Positions 42,881 to 51,738 of a DNA stretch of 64,000 bases are shown here, piece after piece. The DNA comes from Gemmatimonadota bacterium (GTDB lineage: Bacteria > Gemmatimonadota > Gemmatimonadetes > Palauibacterales > Palauibacteraceae): positions 3,648,001 to 3,712,000 of the forward strand of contig OY762926.1 in NCBI GenBank assembly GCA_963666735.1. The letters run 5' to 3'. The notes beneath the pieces were generated by a model. That model was given only the letters and a program-made list of their open reading frames with translations, was not told the DNA's origin and made no database searches. A program made the translations under genes and the position numbers. Every line of letters begins with the position of its first letter. Position 1 is the first letter of the stretch.

Positions 42881-43308
42881 TACGCCTCCTGGATGTAAAC
42901 GTTCTCGTCGCGCTCGCGTGGCCCAGTCACGTCCACCACCGTCGGGCCGACGCCTGGTTTCGCTCAATACAACAGGCGGGTTGGGCCACCTGTCCCGTCA
43001 CGGAATCGGGCTTCGTGCGGATATCGAGCAATGCACGGGCGCTCGCCGACGCTCTGATGCCTCAGGAGGCGCGCATTCTGCTTCGCCGAGTACGAGACCT
43101 ACCTGGGCACGTGTTTTGGAGAGATGACGTCTCGCCCGCAGCGCCGCGCGAATCGGCCTTCGCGAGAGTGGTTGGCTATCGTCAGTTCACCGACGCGCAT
43201 CTCCTGACGCTCGCCATGGATCGAGGCGGGTGCCTTGCGACGTTCGACAAGGGCGTGGCGCAACTGATGCCGCCGGACGCCTCGGACGCGGTCGACTTGA
43301 TTCCTTAG
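42877..43308 (+). CDS. vapC: VapC PIN-domain toxin, probable CTG start
   Basis: LLDVNVLVAL, TCPVTESGFVR, TDAHLL, LATFD. Confidence 0.85.
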   Translation: MIRLLDVNVLVALAWPSHVHHRRADAWFRSIQQAGWATCPVTESGFVRISSNARALADALMPQEARILLRRVRDLPGHVFWRDDVSPAAPRESAFARVVGYRQFTDAHLLTLAMDRGGCLATFDKGVAQLMPPDASDAVDLIP

Positions 43309-43347
43309 CGGCTTAGCGGGGAGCCCCTCAGCCGCGCGTGTCGCGCA

Positions 43348-44742
43348 TCAGAGTTGCTTGACTTCCTCCGTGATGCGGGCGAGGGCGTCGGAGGCGTCTC
43401 CGAAGAACATGCGGTTGTTCCGCAGGTAGAAGAGCGGGTTGTCGATCCCGGCGTACCCCACCGACAGCGAGCGCTTGATGACGATGCACGTCTTCGCCCG
43501 GTCCGTCTCGATGATCGGCATGCCACCGATCGGGCTCGAGGGGTCGTCGCGCGCGAGCGGGTTCACCACGTCGTTCGCCCCCACGACCACGGCCACGTCG
43601 ATGTTCTCCATGTCGGGGTTCACGTCCTCGGGCTCGCAGAGCTGCTCGTAGGGCACGTTCGCCTCGGCGAGGAGGACGTTCATGTGGCCCGGCATCCGCC
43701 CCGCCACCGGGTGCACGCAGTAGCGCACGGACACGCCGCGCTCCGTCAGCAAGTCGGCCAGTTCGCGCACGCGGTGCTGCGCCTGCGCCACCGCGAGACC
43801 GTAGCCGGGGACGAAGATGACCTGTGAGGCGTAACCGAGAACCATGGCGGAGTCCTCGGCATCGATCGGCGTCGCCACCCGGTCGCCGTCCGCGGCGCGC
43901 ACCGCCGTCGCCGCCCCCGTGCCGAAGGCGCTGAACAGGACGTTGGCCAGCGAGCGGTTCATCGCCCGGCACATGATGCCGGTGAGGATGAGTCCCGACG
44001 CGCCGACCAGTGCCCCGGAGATGATGAGCGCGTTGTTCTCCAGCACGAATCCGGCCGAAGCCGCCGCCAGCCCCGAGTAGGAGTTGAGCAGCGCCACCAC
44101 GACCGGCATGTCCGCGCCCCCGATCGGGATCACGAACAGGACGCCGAGGATGAGGGCCGCCGCGATGAGACCCCAGTAGAAGAGGAGGTTCGACTCGAAG
44201 CCGATCAGGTAGACCGCCAGCACCAGGGCGAACGCAAGGAGAATCCCGGCGGAGAACTTCACGAGCGGGTTCGAGATCGCGTTGCCGGTCACGAACCCCT
44301 GCAGCTTCCCGAACGCGATCATGCTGCCGGAGAAGGTGACGGCGCCGATCAGCGTCCCGGCCATGATCGACACGCCGGAGTCGATGGCGAGCGTCTCCGT
44401 GCCGCTCACGCGCAGGTATTCTCCGACCGCGACGAGACCGGACGCGGCCCCCCCGAACCCGTTGAAGACCGCCACCATCTCCGGCATGGCGGTCATCTTC
44501 ACCGTTCGGGCCATGACGCCGCCGATCAGCCCCCCGATGGCGAGGCCGGCGACGATCCAGGTGTATTCCAGGTCGCTCTCCAGCAGCGTCGCCACCACCG
44601 CGAGCAGCATGCCGACCGCGGCGAGCCGGTTGCCGCCCGCCGCCGTTGCCGGATGGCTGAGCCGCTTGATGCCGAGGATGAAGAGCACGGCGGACGCCAG
44701 GTAGGCGAGCGGAATGATCGTCGAGAATCCTGACATTTCCAT
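43348..44742 (-). CDS. pntB: NAD(P) transhydrogenase beta subunit
   Basis: MTAMPEMVA, IGGADMPVV..LNSYSG, PGYGLAVAQAQ, HPVAGRMPGHMNVLLAEA. Confidence 0.96.
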   Translation of the reverse strand: MEMSGFSTIIPLAYLASAVLFILGIKRLSHPATAAGGNRLAAVGMLLAVVATLLESDLEYTWIVAGLAIGGLIGGVMARTVKMTAMPEMVAVFNGFGGAASGLVAVGEYLRVSGTETLAIDSGVSIMAGTLIGAVTFSGSMIAFGKLQGFVTGNAISNPLVKFSAGILLAFALVLAVYLIGFESNLLFYWGLIAAALILGVLFVIPIGGADMPVVVALLNSYSGLAAASAGFVLENNALIISGALVGASGLILTGIMCRAMNRSLANVLFSAFGTGAATAVRAADGDRVATPIDAEDSAMVLGYASQVIFVPGYGLAVAQAQHRVRELADLLTERGVSVRYCVHPVAGRMPGHMNVLLAEANVPYEQLCEPEDVNPDMENIDVAVVVGANDVVNPLARDDPSSPIGGMPIIETDRAKTCIVIKRSLSVGYAGIDNPLFYLRNNRMFFGDASDALARITEEVKQL

Positions 44743-44744
44743 CG

Positions 44745-45038
44745 CTAGCTTGCGTCCTTGCTCTTGAACATCTGGAGCATGCGGTCGGTGACGAGAAAGC
44801 CGCCGACGACGTTGATCGTGGCGAGGATGAGCGCCGCCAGCCCGATCCACCGCATGAGATGCCCGTCGCCGGCGCGTCCGATGACGAGCAGCGCGCCCAC
44901 GATCGAGATCCCGGAGATCGCGTTCGATCCCGACATCAGCGGAGTGTGCAGCGTGGGCGGCACCTTCGTGATGAGTTCAAAGCCCACGAACATGGCGAGC
45001 ACGAAGACGTACAGTCCGATCAGCAGCGTTCCTTCCAT
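44745..45038 (-). CDS. pntAB: NAD(P) transhydrogenase alpha subunit part 2
   Basis: VPPTLHTPLMSGSNAISG, NVVGGFLVTDRML. Confidence 0.95.
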   Translation of the reverse strand: MEGTLLIGLYVFVLAMFVGFELITKVPPTLHTPLMSGSNAISGISIVGALLVIGRAGDGHLMRWIGLAALILATINVVGGFLVTDRMLQMFKSKDAS

Positions 45039-45060
45039 CAGGCAGGCCTCGTGTGAGGAG

Positions 45061-46209
45061 TCATGCGCCGAACCGGATCTCTCCCGCGTGCGTCACGCAG
45101 CAGGGTCCGATCACATCATCGTCCAGGTCCACCACGACCCCGTCCTCTCCGAACATCGGCTTCACAAGCGCGGAGAGGTTGCGGCCGAGCAACTGGCTGG
45201 CGTGGTAGGGAAGCGAGCCCGGCACGTTGAGCGGGGCGTGGATCGTCACGCCGCGTTCGACGACCGTCTCTCCGGGCGCCGACAGCGAGCAATTGCCACC
45301 GGCCTCCCCCGCGAGATCGACGATCACCGAGCCCACCTTCATCCGGTCCACCATGTCGTCGGTGATCAGCACGGGCGCCCGGCGTCCCGGCACCAGCGCC
45401 GTCGTGATAACGACGTCCGCCCGCGCCACGTGCTGCGCGAGCAGTTCACGCTGCCGCGCCTGCTCCGCCTCCTCGAGTTCCTTCGCGTAACCGCCCTCGG
45501 TCTCCGCGTCGGCGGCTGCGCCCCCAGCGCCCTCGGCGCTCCCCCCGCCTTCATCGAGGTCCACGAACTTCGCGCCGAGGCTCTCGACTTCCTCGCGCAC
45601 GGCGGCGCGGATATCGTAGCCCCAGGTGTCGGCGCCGAGCCGGCGGCCCGTCGCGATCGCCTGCAGCCCGGCGACTCCTGCCCCCAGCACGAGCACGCGC
45701 GCCGGGGAGAGCGTCCCCGCCGCCGTCATGAGGAGAGGAAAGATGCGTCCGAGCGAGTTCGCGCCGAGGAGGACGGCCTTGTACCCCGCCAGGTTGCTCT
45801 GCGACGAAAGGGCGTCCATCGCCTGCGCGCGCGTGATTCTCGGGACCAGTTCCAGCGCCAGCGCCGTCACCCCGCCCGCGGCGAGACGCTCGATCAGCGC
45901 CGCGTTCTCGTGCGGACGCAGGAGGCACGCGAGGACCGCACCCTCCCGCAGCCCGTCCGCCTCGGCCTCGGAGGGCGGCGCGACCTTGAACACGACATCG
46001 GCCTCGCCCAGAAGCCGGCCGGCATCAGCGACGACCTCCACGCCCACAGCCTCGTAGGCCGCGTCGGGGAAGCCGGCCGCCCGTCCCGCTCCCGTCTCGA
46101 TGGCGATCGAAACGTCATCGGAGAGCAGGCGCTTCGCCCCGTCCGGCGTGAGGGCGACCCGCGACTCCCCGTCGGCGGTCTCCCGCGGGACACAGATTCG
46201 AACGCTCAA
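45061..46209 (-). CDS. pntAA: NAD(P) transhydrogenase alpha subunit part 1
   Basis: E.RVALTP, PRITRAQAMDALSSQ, GAGVAGLQA, GGYAKE; TTG start after GGAG inferred. Confidence 0.95.
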   Translation of the reverse strand: MSVRICVPRETADGESRVALTPDGAKRLLSDDVSIAIETGAGRAAGFPDAAYEAVGVEVVADAGRLLGEADVVFKVAPPSEAEADGLREGAVLACLLRPHENAALIERLAAGGVTALALELVPRITRAQAMDALSSQSNLAGYKAVLLGANSLGRIFPLLMTAAGTLSPARVLVLGAGVAGLQAIATGRRLGADTWGYDIRAAVREEVESLGAKFVDLDEGGGSAEGAGGAAADAETEGGYAKELEEAEQARQRELLAQHVARADVVITTALVPGRRAPVLITDDMVDRMKVGSVIVDLAGEAGGNCSLSAPGETVVERGVTIHAPLNVPGSLPYHASQLLGRNLSALVKPMFGEDGVVVDLDDDVIGPCCVTHAGEIRFGA

Positions 46210-46671
46210 GAGCCACTCCCGTTGTTTCCCATCGTTCACGGTGTTGATCCGGCGCAGGGTTCGGACGCGCGGCCGCGATCCGGGCGCGAATCTTGACCGC
46301 CCGACCGCCGCGCGCAACGCACCGCCAGCCACCGCGCGCAACTCACCGCCAGCCGCCGCGCCGGAGCTCGGGCACTCGTGGGAGGAGTCAAGCGCCCTTG
46401 CATCCGCTCAAGACAATCGAAAATCCGATCTTGAATTGGCTTGACCGTTCACATGGGTCCCAGATGCCTCACATGGCACCCTGTCCCGTGGCCCCGCCCC
46501 GGTGGTCCCGTCCGGTGGCCCCCTCCCGTGAGCCCTCCGGTTGGAGCCCTCCCGTTGCCAGGTGGCGCCGTTACCGCGGGGCCGGCCTGGCGAGACCGTG
46601 GTGTGCTCTCGATTGCGCCGAGAGGCCGGCGGGTGCCTATTCTTCCAAAGTCCCAGCCCCAGGAGGACCGC

Positions 46672-47271
46672 ATGTTTCGCCGTTCGTTCACCGCCCATTC
46701 CGCGTCGGCCGCCGCGCTGTCGCAGGTCCCCGCGCTGTCGCTTGTTGCCGCCGTGGCGCTCGCCGCCGCTCCGGACGTGGCCGCCCAGGACGCGATTGCG
46801 CTCGCCATCGCGCCCATCCCCACCGAAACGGAGCAGGCGACCGCGAAGGTCATCCAGAAGCAGGGCGACGAGTGGGTGACGCTGCGCGAGGGCGCCGGAC
46901 CGTTCATCTGCATCGCGGATGACCCGGGCGCCGATGGCTTCCACTCCGCCTGCTACCACGAGTCGCTCGAGCCCTACATGGCGCGCGGTCGCGAACTCAC
47001 GTCGCAGGGCGTCACCGGCCGCGAGAACGTCGAGATGCGGATGGCCGAGATCGAGGCGGGCACGCTGGAGATGCCGAGTTACGCTTTCCTGCACGCGATC
47101 TATGCGGGAGAGGGTTGGTCCGGAGACATGGACGCCGTCCTGAGGCATCAGGCCGTCATCTACACGCCCTTCGCCACGGCCGAAGATCTGGGCCTACCCA
47201 CCAGCGCGACGAGGGGCGCGTGGCTGATGGGCGCCGGCACGGCGAACTCGCACGTCATGATCACGCCCTAG
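46672..47271 (+). CDS. Hypothetical secreted protein
   Basis: AGGAGG RBS, signal peptide, LREG..PFICIADDP...ACYHESLEP, AWLM..GT..HVMI. Confidence 0.75.
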   Translation: MFRRSFTAHSASAAALSQVPALSLVAAVALAAAPDVAAQDAIALAIAPIPTETEQATAKVIQKQGDEWVTLREGAGPFICIADDPGADGFHSACYHESLEPYMARGRELTSQGVTGRENVEMRMAEIEAGTLEMPSYAFLHAIYAGEGWSGDMDAVLRHQAVIYTPFATAEDLGLPTSATRGAWLMGAGTANSHVMITP

Positions 47272-47296
47272 GCGATCCCGGAGCGACGGACGAACC

Positions 47297-47992
47297 GTGG
47301 CCGAAATCACACGACACCAGTTGGGCGCGTTGCTCCTGAGCGCGCTCCGCGACAGGGGACTGGGCGCCCGCGACCTGTTCGAGGGCCGCCAGGAGCCGCT
47401 CTCCTGGTTCTTCCGCGCCGTTGCGTACGACCAGTCGGAACTCGACATCCTCGAGTCCGGCGCGCTGGATGCGCTCCATGCGCCGTCCGCCATGATCGAA
47501 CTCGTCATCGACGAGATGGCGCTCGGACTCGCCAACATCGGGATCGAAGGCCTCGGCACCTACCTGGCCGCGTCCGCTGTCCCCGGCCACGACGCGCCCG
47601 AACCGATCGAGGCGCTGGAACTCGATGGCGACGTGATGCTCGGGTACGTCCACATCGACGTCGCGCCTCCCGCCCTCTGGCTGGACGAGCGGGAGTCGAA
47701 TCCCTCGCGTAACGATGCGCTCGCCACCCGGCTCTCCAGGGTGGCGCAGGAGGTGGGGGCGGTTTCGGACACGGTCGAGGTTCATATCGAGGGCGCCCTC
47801 GACCCCGACGGCGGGTGGACCGATCCGACGGAAAACGTTCGTCCCGCCGGTGTGGCGGTCCACTTCACCTTCGACATCCCGCTCGCCGGCACCGGGAAAC
47901 GGGAACTCGCCGCGATCTTCGCGCGCGCCGCGGACGGTGCCCGCGACGCGGTGGAGGGGATGCGGTCCGTCTTCCGCGGAGACCACGAATAG
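47297..47992 (+). CDS. Hypothetical protein
   Basis: 231-aa ORF with globular acidic composition, co-oriented with neighbours. Confidence 0.65.
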   Translation: MAEITRHQLGALLLSALRDRGLGARDLFEGRQEPLSWFFRAVAYDQSELDILESGALDALHAPSAMIELVIDEMALGLANIGIEGLGTYLAASAVPGHDAPEPIEALELDGDVMLGYVHIDVAPPALWLDERESNPSRNDALATRLSRVAQEVGAVSDTVEVHIEGALDPDGGWTDPTENVRPAGVAVHFTFDIPLAGTGKRELAAIFARAADGARDAVEGMRSVFRGDHE

Positions 47993-50900
47993 CCCCCCGC
48001 GGCAAAACCCGCTTCCGCGTACTTCCCGCCGCAGCCCTCGCCGCCGGCCTCCTCACCGCCTGCGATGCCTCCGCTCCGCCCGCCTCGATCGACTGGGTCG
48101 AGGGGGACGGACACCGCTCGCGTCTCCTGTCGTTCCGGGGAGAGGCCGAAGGCGGCTTCACCTGGCTGGCGCCGCGGAGAACGGGCATCGAAGCCGTTCC
48201 CACCGTGTCGCGGGAGGCCCGGCTCGCGAACCGAACGCTCATTCACGGCGTCGGCGTGGCGCTCGGGGACGTGGACGGCGACGGCTGGGCCGACCTCTAC
48301 CTGTGCATGCTGGACCGGCCCAACGTCCTCTACCGCAACCTCGGAGGCTGGCGCTTCGAGGACGTGACGGAGCGTTCCGGAGCCGGCCTCGGGGACCGGC
48401 TGTCGCGGGGCGCCGTGTTCGCGGATGCGGACGGCGACGGCGACCTGGACCTCTTCGTGGCCGTGCATGGGGGGACGAACGCGCTCCTCCTGAACGACGG
48501 GAGCGGGATCTTCGAGGAAGTCGAAGCGGGCTTCGAGGGCGAATGGGGGAGCAGCACGCTCGCGCTCGCCGACATCGACGGAGACGAGGACCTCGACGCG
48601 TACTTCGCCAACTACAAGACGGTCCAGGGCGACGACCTCTTCAGCCCGGCGGAGCGCGGGCCGCGCGAGATTGCCGAGCGCATCGGCGACGAGTTCGTGC
48701 TCACGCCCCCCTTCGACGAGCACTACCGGCTCGAGGCCGAGGGCGAGGGAGTGCTGCGCTTCGAACTCGCGGACCCCGACGAATTGTACCTCAACGATGG
48801 ATCGGGCGGCTTCGCGCCGGTCGACCTCGCGGGAGGCGTGTTTCGGGACGCGGATGGCGAGCCGGTCTCCGGCGTCCCCCGCGACTGGGGGCTCGTCGCG
48901 CGCTTCTTCGACGCGGACGACGACGGTGACGCCGACCTCTTCGTCGCCAACGACCTGGGAAGCGAGGACGGGTTCTGGCTCAACGAGGGCGGCGCCTTCA
49001 CCACCGCCTCGGGACTCGCCTTCCGCACCGAGAGCACCTCCTCGATGGGGGTCGACTTCTCCGACATCGATGGAGACGGCGACACGGACTTCGTGACGAC
49101 GGAGATGCTCTCCGCCGATCCGGTGAGGAGACGGGAGCAGATCGCCCTCGGCGCGGCCGCATGGACGCCCCCCGGCGGGCACGAGACGCGGGTGTCGGCC
49201 GACCGCAACACGCTGCAGCTCAACCGGGGCGACGGGACCTGGGCCGAGACGGCGCGGGCCGCGGGGCTCGCCGCCTCGGAATGGACGTGGGGCGCGATGT
49301 TCCTCGACGTCGACCTCGACGGGTACGAAGACCTGCTGATCACGAACGGACACGGATGGGACCCGCTCGACGGGGACACGCAGGAGGCGCTCAGGACCCG
49401 CCGCATCCAGGTGGACTGGCGCGAGGAACTTGGCGTGTTTCCGCCGCTCCGGCTGCGGAACCTCGCGTTCCGCAATCTCGGCGACGGTACTTTCGCAGAC
49501 ATGACCCGGGGCTGGGGATACGGGGCGGAGCCGGACGTGAGCCACGGGATCGCGGCGGCGGATTTGGACCGTGACGGCGACCGGGACGTCGTGATCACGC
49601 GGCTGGACGAACCGCCTCTCATCCTGCGCAACGATGCCGGGAGGGCGCGGGTCGCCGTGCGCGTGCTCGGTGAGGGCCGCAACACGCAGGCGATCGGCGC
49701 GCGCGTCGTGCTCGCCGGCGCGTCCGCGGCGGGTCCGGTCAGGCCGGACCAGACGCGGCAGGTGACCGCGGGCGGCATGTATCTTTCCGGCTCGGACCCG
49801 GGGCTCACCTTCGCGATGGGCGACGCCGAGGCCGCCGAGGCGACGATCATCTGGCCCTCGGGGCGGAGCCGGACCGTCCGCGTGCTCGCGAACCACGCTT
49901 ACGAAGTGGGGCCGCCCCCGGCCGGCGAGACCGGCGAAACCGGCGCCGCCGTCCCGGCGAGCCGCGCGGGGCTCTTCGCGGAGGCGGAGGCGGTCGGGCG
50001 GCACGGAGATTCGGCTTTCGATGAGCTGGCCCGGCAGCCGCTCGTGCCGCTCGAGCTGTCCCGGGGCGGCCCGGGCGTGGCGTGGGTGGATGCCGATGCG
50101 GACGGCGACCCGGACCTGCTCGTCGGGGCGGGGGCGGGAGGCCGCGCCCAGCTCGCCGTCAACGAAGCCGGGAGGCTGGCGGACCCCGTGCCCATCGGCG
50201 CCCCCGCCGTCGGCGACCACACGTCCATCATCGCGCTCCCCACATCGGGTCGCCCGGTCATCATCGCGGGCGTCAGCGCCTGGGAAGCGCGTTCGCCCTC
50301 CGACCTCGACGCGATTCCGCCCCTCGCCCGCCTGGGTGCTCGCGTCGACGCTGGCTCCGACGCCCGCCCCGCGCCGGCTGTCCCGCCGAGCCCGCATGCG
50401 ACGGGGCCCCTGGCGGCCGCCGACGTCGACGGGGACGGCGACCTCGACGTCTTCGCCGGCGCCCGCGCGACACCCGGCGCCTACCCCATGCCCGCCGACT
50501 CGAGGCTCCTCCTGGCCGACGGTGCCGGCGGGACCGCCGCCTGGGTCGCCGACGCGGCAGCCGCCGAGACCCTGCGCCGGATCGGTCTCGTCTCCGGGGC
50601 CGTGTTCTCCGATGTGGACGAAGATGGCGATCCCGACCTCATCCTCGCCCTGGAGTGGGGCCCCGTGCGACTGCTGGAGAACGACGGCGGGCGCTTCAGC
50701 GACGCCACGGATGCCTGGGGTCTGGGCGCGCACACCGGCCGCTGGAACGGCATCGCGACGGGCGACTTCAACGGAGATGGCCGCCCGGACCTCGTGGTGA
50801 CGGCGTGGGGAACGAACACCGGGCGCTTCGCGAGCGCCGAGCGGCCGGCCGGAGTCGTCGCGTCCGATTTCGACGGGAACGGGCTCGTCGACCTCATCGA

Positions 50901-51738
50901 GTTCGAGACCGGGGCGGACGGCGTCCGACGGCCCGCGCGCGACTATCTCACGCTCGGAGCGACGCTCCCCTTCCTGCGGCGGGCCGCGCCGACGTTCGAG
51001 GCCTTCGCCCGGAGTTCCGTCGACGACCTCCTCGGAACGGGACGCACGGGACTCTACCGGACGAGCGCCGTGACGCTGCTCCACACGGTGTTTCTCAACG
51101 GCGGCGGGCGGTTCGAGGCGCGCCCGCTGCCGGCGGCCGCCCAACTCGCCCCCGCCTTCGGGGTCGTGGTGGCGGACTTCGACCGGGATGGCCGCGAGGA
51201 TCTCTTTCTCGCGCAGAATTACCTTGCGACGCCGCGGGGTCTGGGACGCCATGACGCGGGGCGCGGAGCCGTGCTGCTCGGCGACGGGGTGGGCGGATTC
51301 AGCGTCCTCGACGCGGCGCGGAGCGGGGTCGAGGTGTACGGGGACGGTCGCGGGGCCGCCGTGGCCGACTTCGATGCCGACGGGCGCTGGGACCTGGCCG
51401 TCGGGCAGAACGGCGCCGAGACCGTCATCTTCCGGGGTCGGGGCGGATCGCCGGGGCTGCGGGTCCGGCTGTCCTCGGGCGGCGCGACCCCGGGCGGTGC
51501 AACTCCGGGTGTCGCCGGCGCGCGGCTGCGCCCGAGATATGCCGATGGAAGCGAGGGGCCCGCCCGGGAAATCCAGCTGGGGAGCGGATATTGGTCCTTC
51601 AACGGGTCCGTGCAGGTGCTGGGGCGTGCGGCGGAGATCCGCGCCCTGAAGGTGCGCTGGCCGGACGGCGCCGAGGAAACGTTCCCGCTGGACGCCGGAG
51701 CGGTGGAGGTCACCCTGAGAAGAGGCGAAGGCTCATGA
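47989..51738 (+). CDS. FG-GAP/VCBS repeat, ASPIC-UnbV (CRTAC1-like) lipoprotein with two propeller modules
   Basis: Lipobox LLTA-C; many DxDGDGxxDL repeats; GGMYLSG and GSGYWS UnbV motifs; start uncertain (ATA 47989 or GTG 47815). Confidence 0.85.
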   Translation: MAPRGKTRFRVLPAAALAAGLLTACDASAPPASIDWVEGDGHRSRLLSFRGEAEGGFTWLAPRRTGIEAVPTVSREARLANRTLIHGVGVALGDVDGDGWADLYLCMLDRPNVLYRNLGGWRFEDVTERSGAGLGDRLSRGAVFADADGDGDLDLFVAVHGGTNALLLNDGSGIFEEVEAGFEGEWGSSTLALADIDGDEDLDAYFANYKTVQGDDLFSPAERGPREIAERIGDEFVLTPPFDEHYRLEAEGEGVLRFELADPDELYLNDGSGGFAPVDLAGGVFRDADGEPVSGVPRDWGLVARFFDADDDGDADLFVANDLGSEDGFWLNEGGAFTTASGLAFRTESTSSMGVDFSDIDGDGDTDFVTTEMLSADPVRRREQIALGAAAWTPPGGHETRVSADRNTLQLNRGDGTWAETARAAGLAASEWTWGAMFLDVDLDGYEDLLITNGHGWDPLDGDTQEALRTRRIQVDWREELGVFPPLRLRNLAFRNLGDGTFADMTRGWGYGAEPDVSHGIAAADLDRDGDRDVVITRLDEPPLILRNDAGRARVAVRVLGEGRNTQAIGARVVLAGASAAGPVRPDQTRQVTAGGMYLSGSDPGLTFAMGDAEAAEATIIWPSGRSRTVRVLANHAYEVGPPPAGETGETGAAVPASRAGLFAEAEAVGRHGDSAFDELARQPLVPLELSRGGPGVAWVDADADGDPDLLVGAGAGGRAQLAVNEAGRLADPVPIGAPAVGDHTSIIALPTSGRPVIIAGVSAWEARSPSDLDAIPPLARLGARVDAGSDARPAPAVPPSPHATGPLAAADVDGDGDLDVFAGARATPGAYPMPADSRLLLADGAGGTAAWVADAAAAETLRRIGLVSGAVFSDVDEDGDPDLILALEWGPVRLLENDGGRFSDATDAWGLGAHTGRWNGIATGDFNGDGRPDLVVTAWGTNTGRFASAERPAGVVASDFDGNGLVDLIEFETGADGVRRPARDYLTLGATLPFLRRAAPTFEAFARSSVDDLLGTGRTGLYRTSAVTLLHTVFLNGGGRFEARPLPAAAQLAPAFGVVVADFDRDGREDLFLAQNYLATPRGLGRHDAGRGAVLLGDGVGGFSVLDAARSGVEVYGDGRGAAVADFDADGRWDLAVGQNGAETVIFRGRGGSPGLRVRLSSGGATPGGATPGVAGARLRPRYADGSEGPAREIQLGSGYWSFNGSVQVLGRAAEIRALKVRWPDGAEETFPLDAGAVEVTLRRGEGS

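Noticed and set aside
46300..46560. 24-bp tandem duplication and CCCGTGGCC-type low-complexity repeats upstream of pntAA
   Set aside because: About 2.5 imperfect copies with no spacers; looks like local slippage.
47782..51252. Long antisense/alternative-frame ORFs (also 19872-22682, 27883-30858, 2171-3757)
   Set aside because: Shadow frames expected at high GC; Arg/Gly/Pro-rich with no motifs and overlapping well-supported genes.
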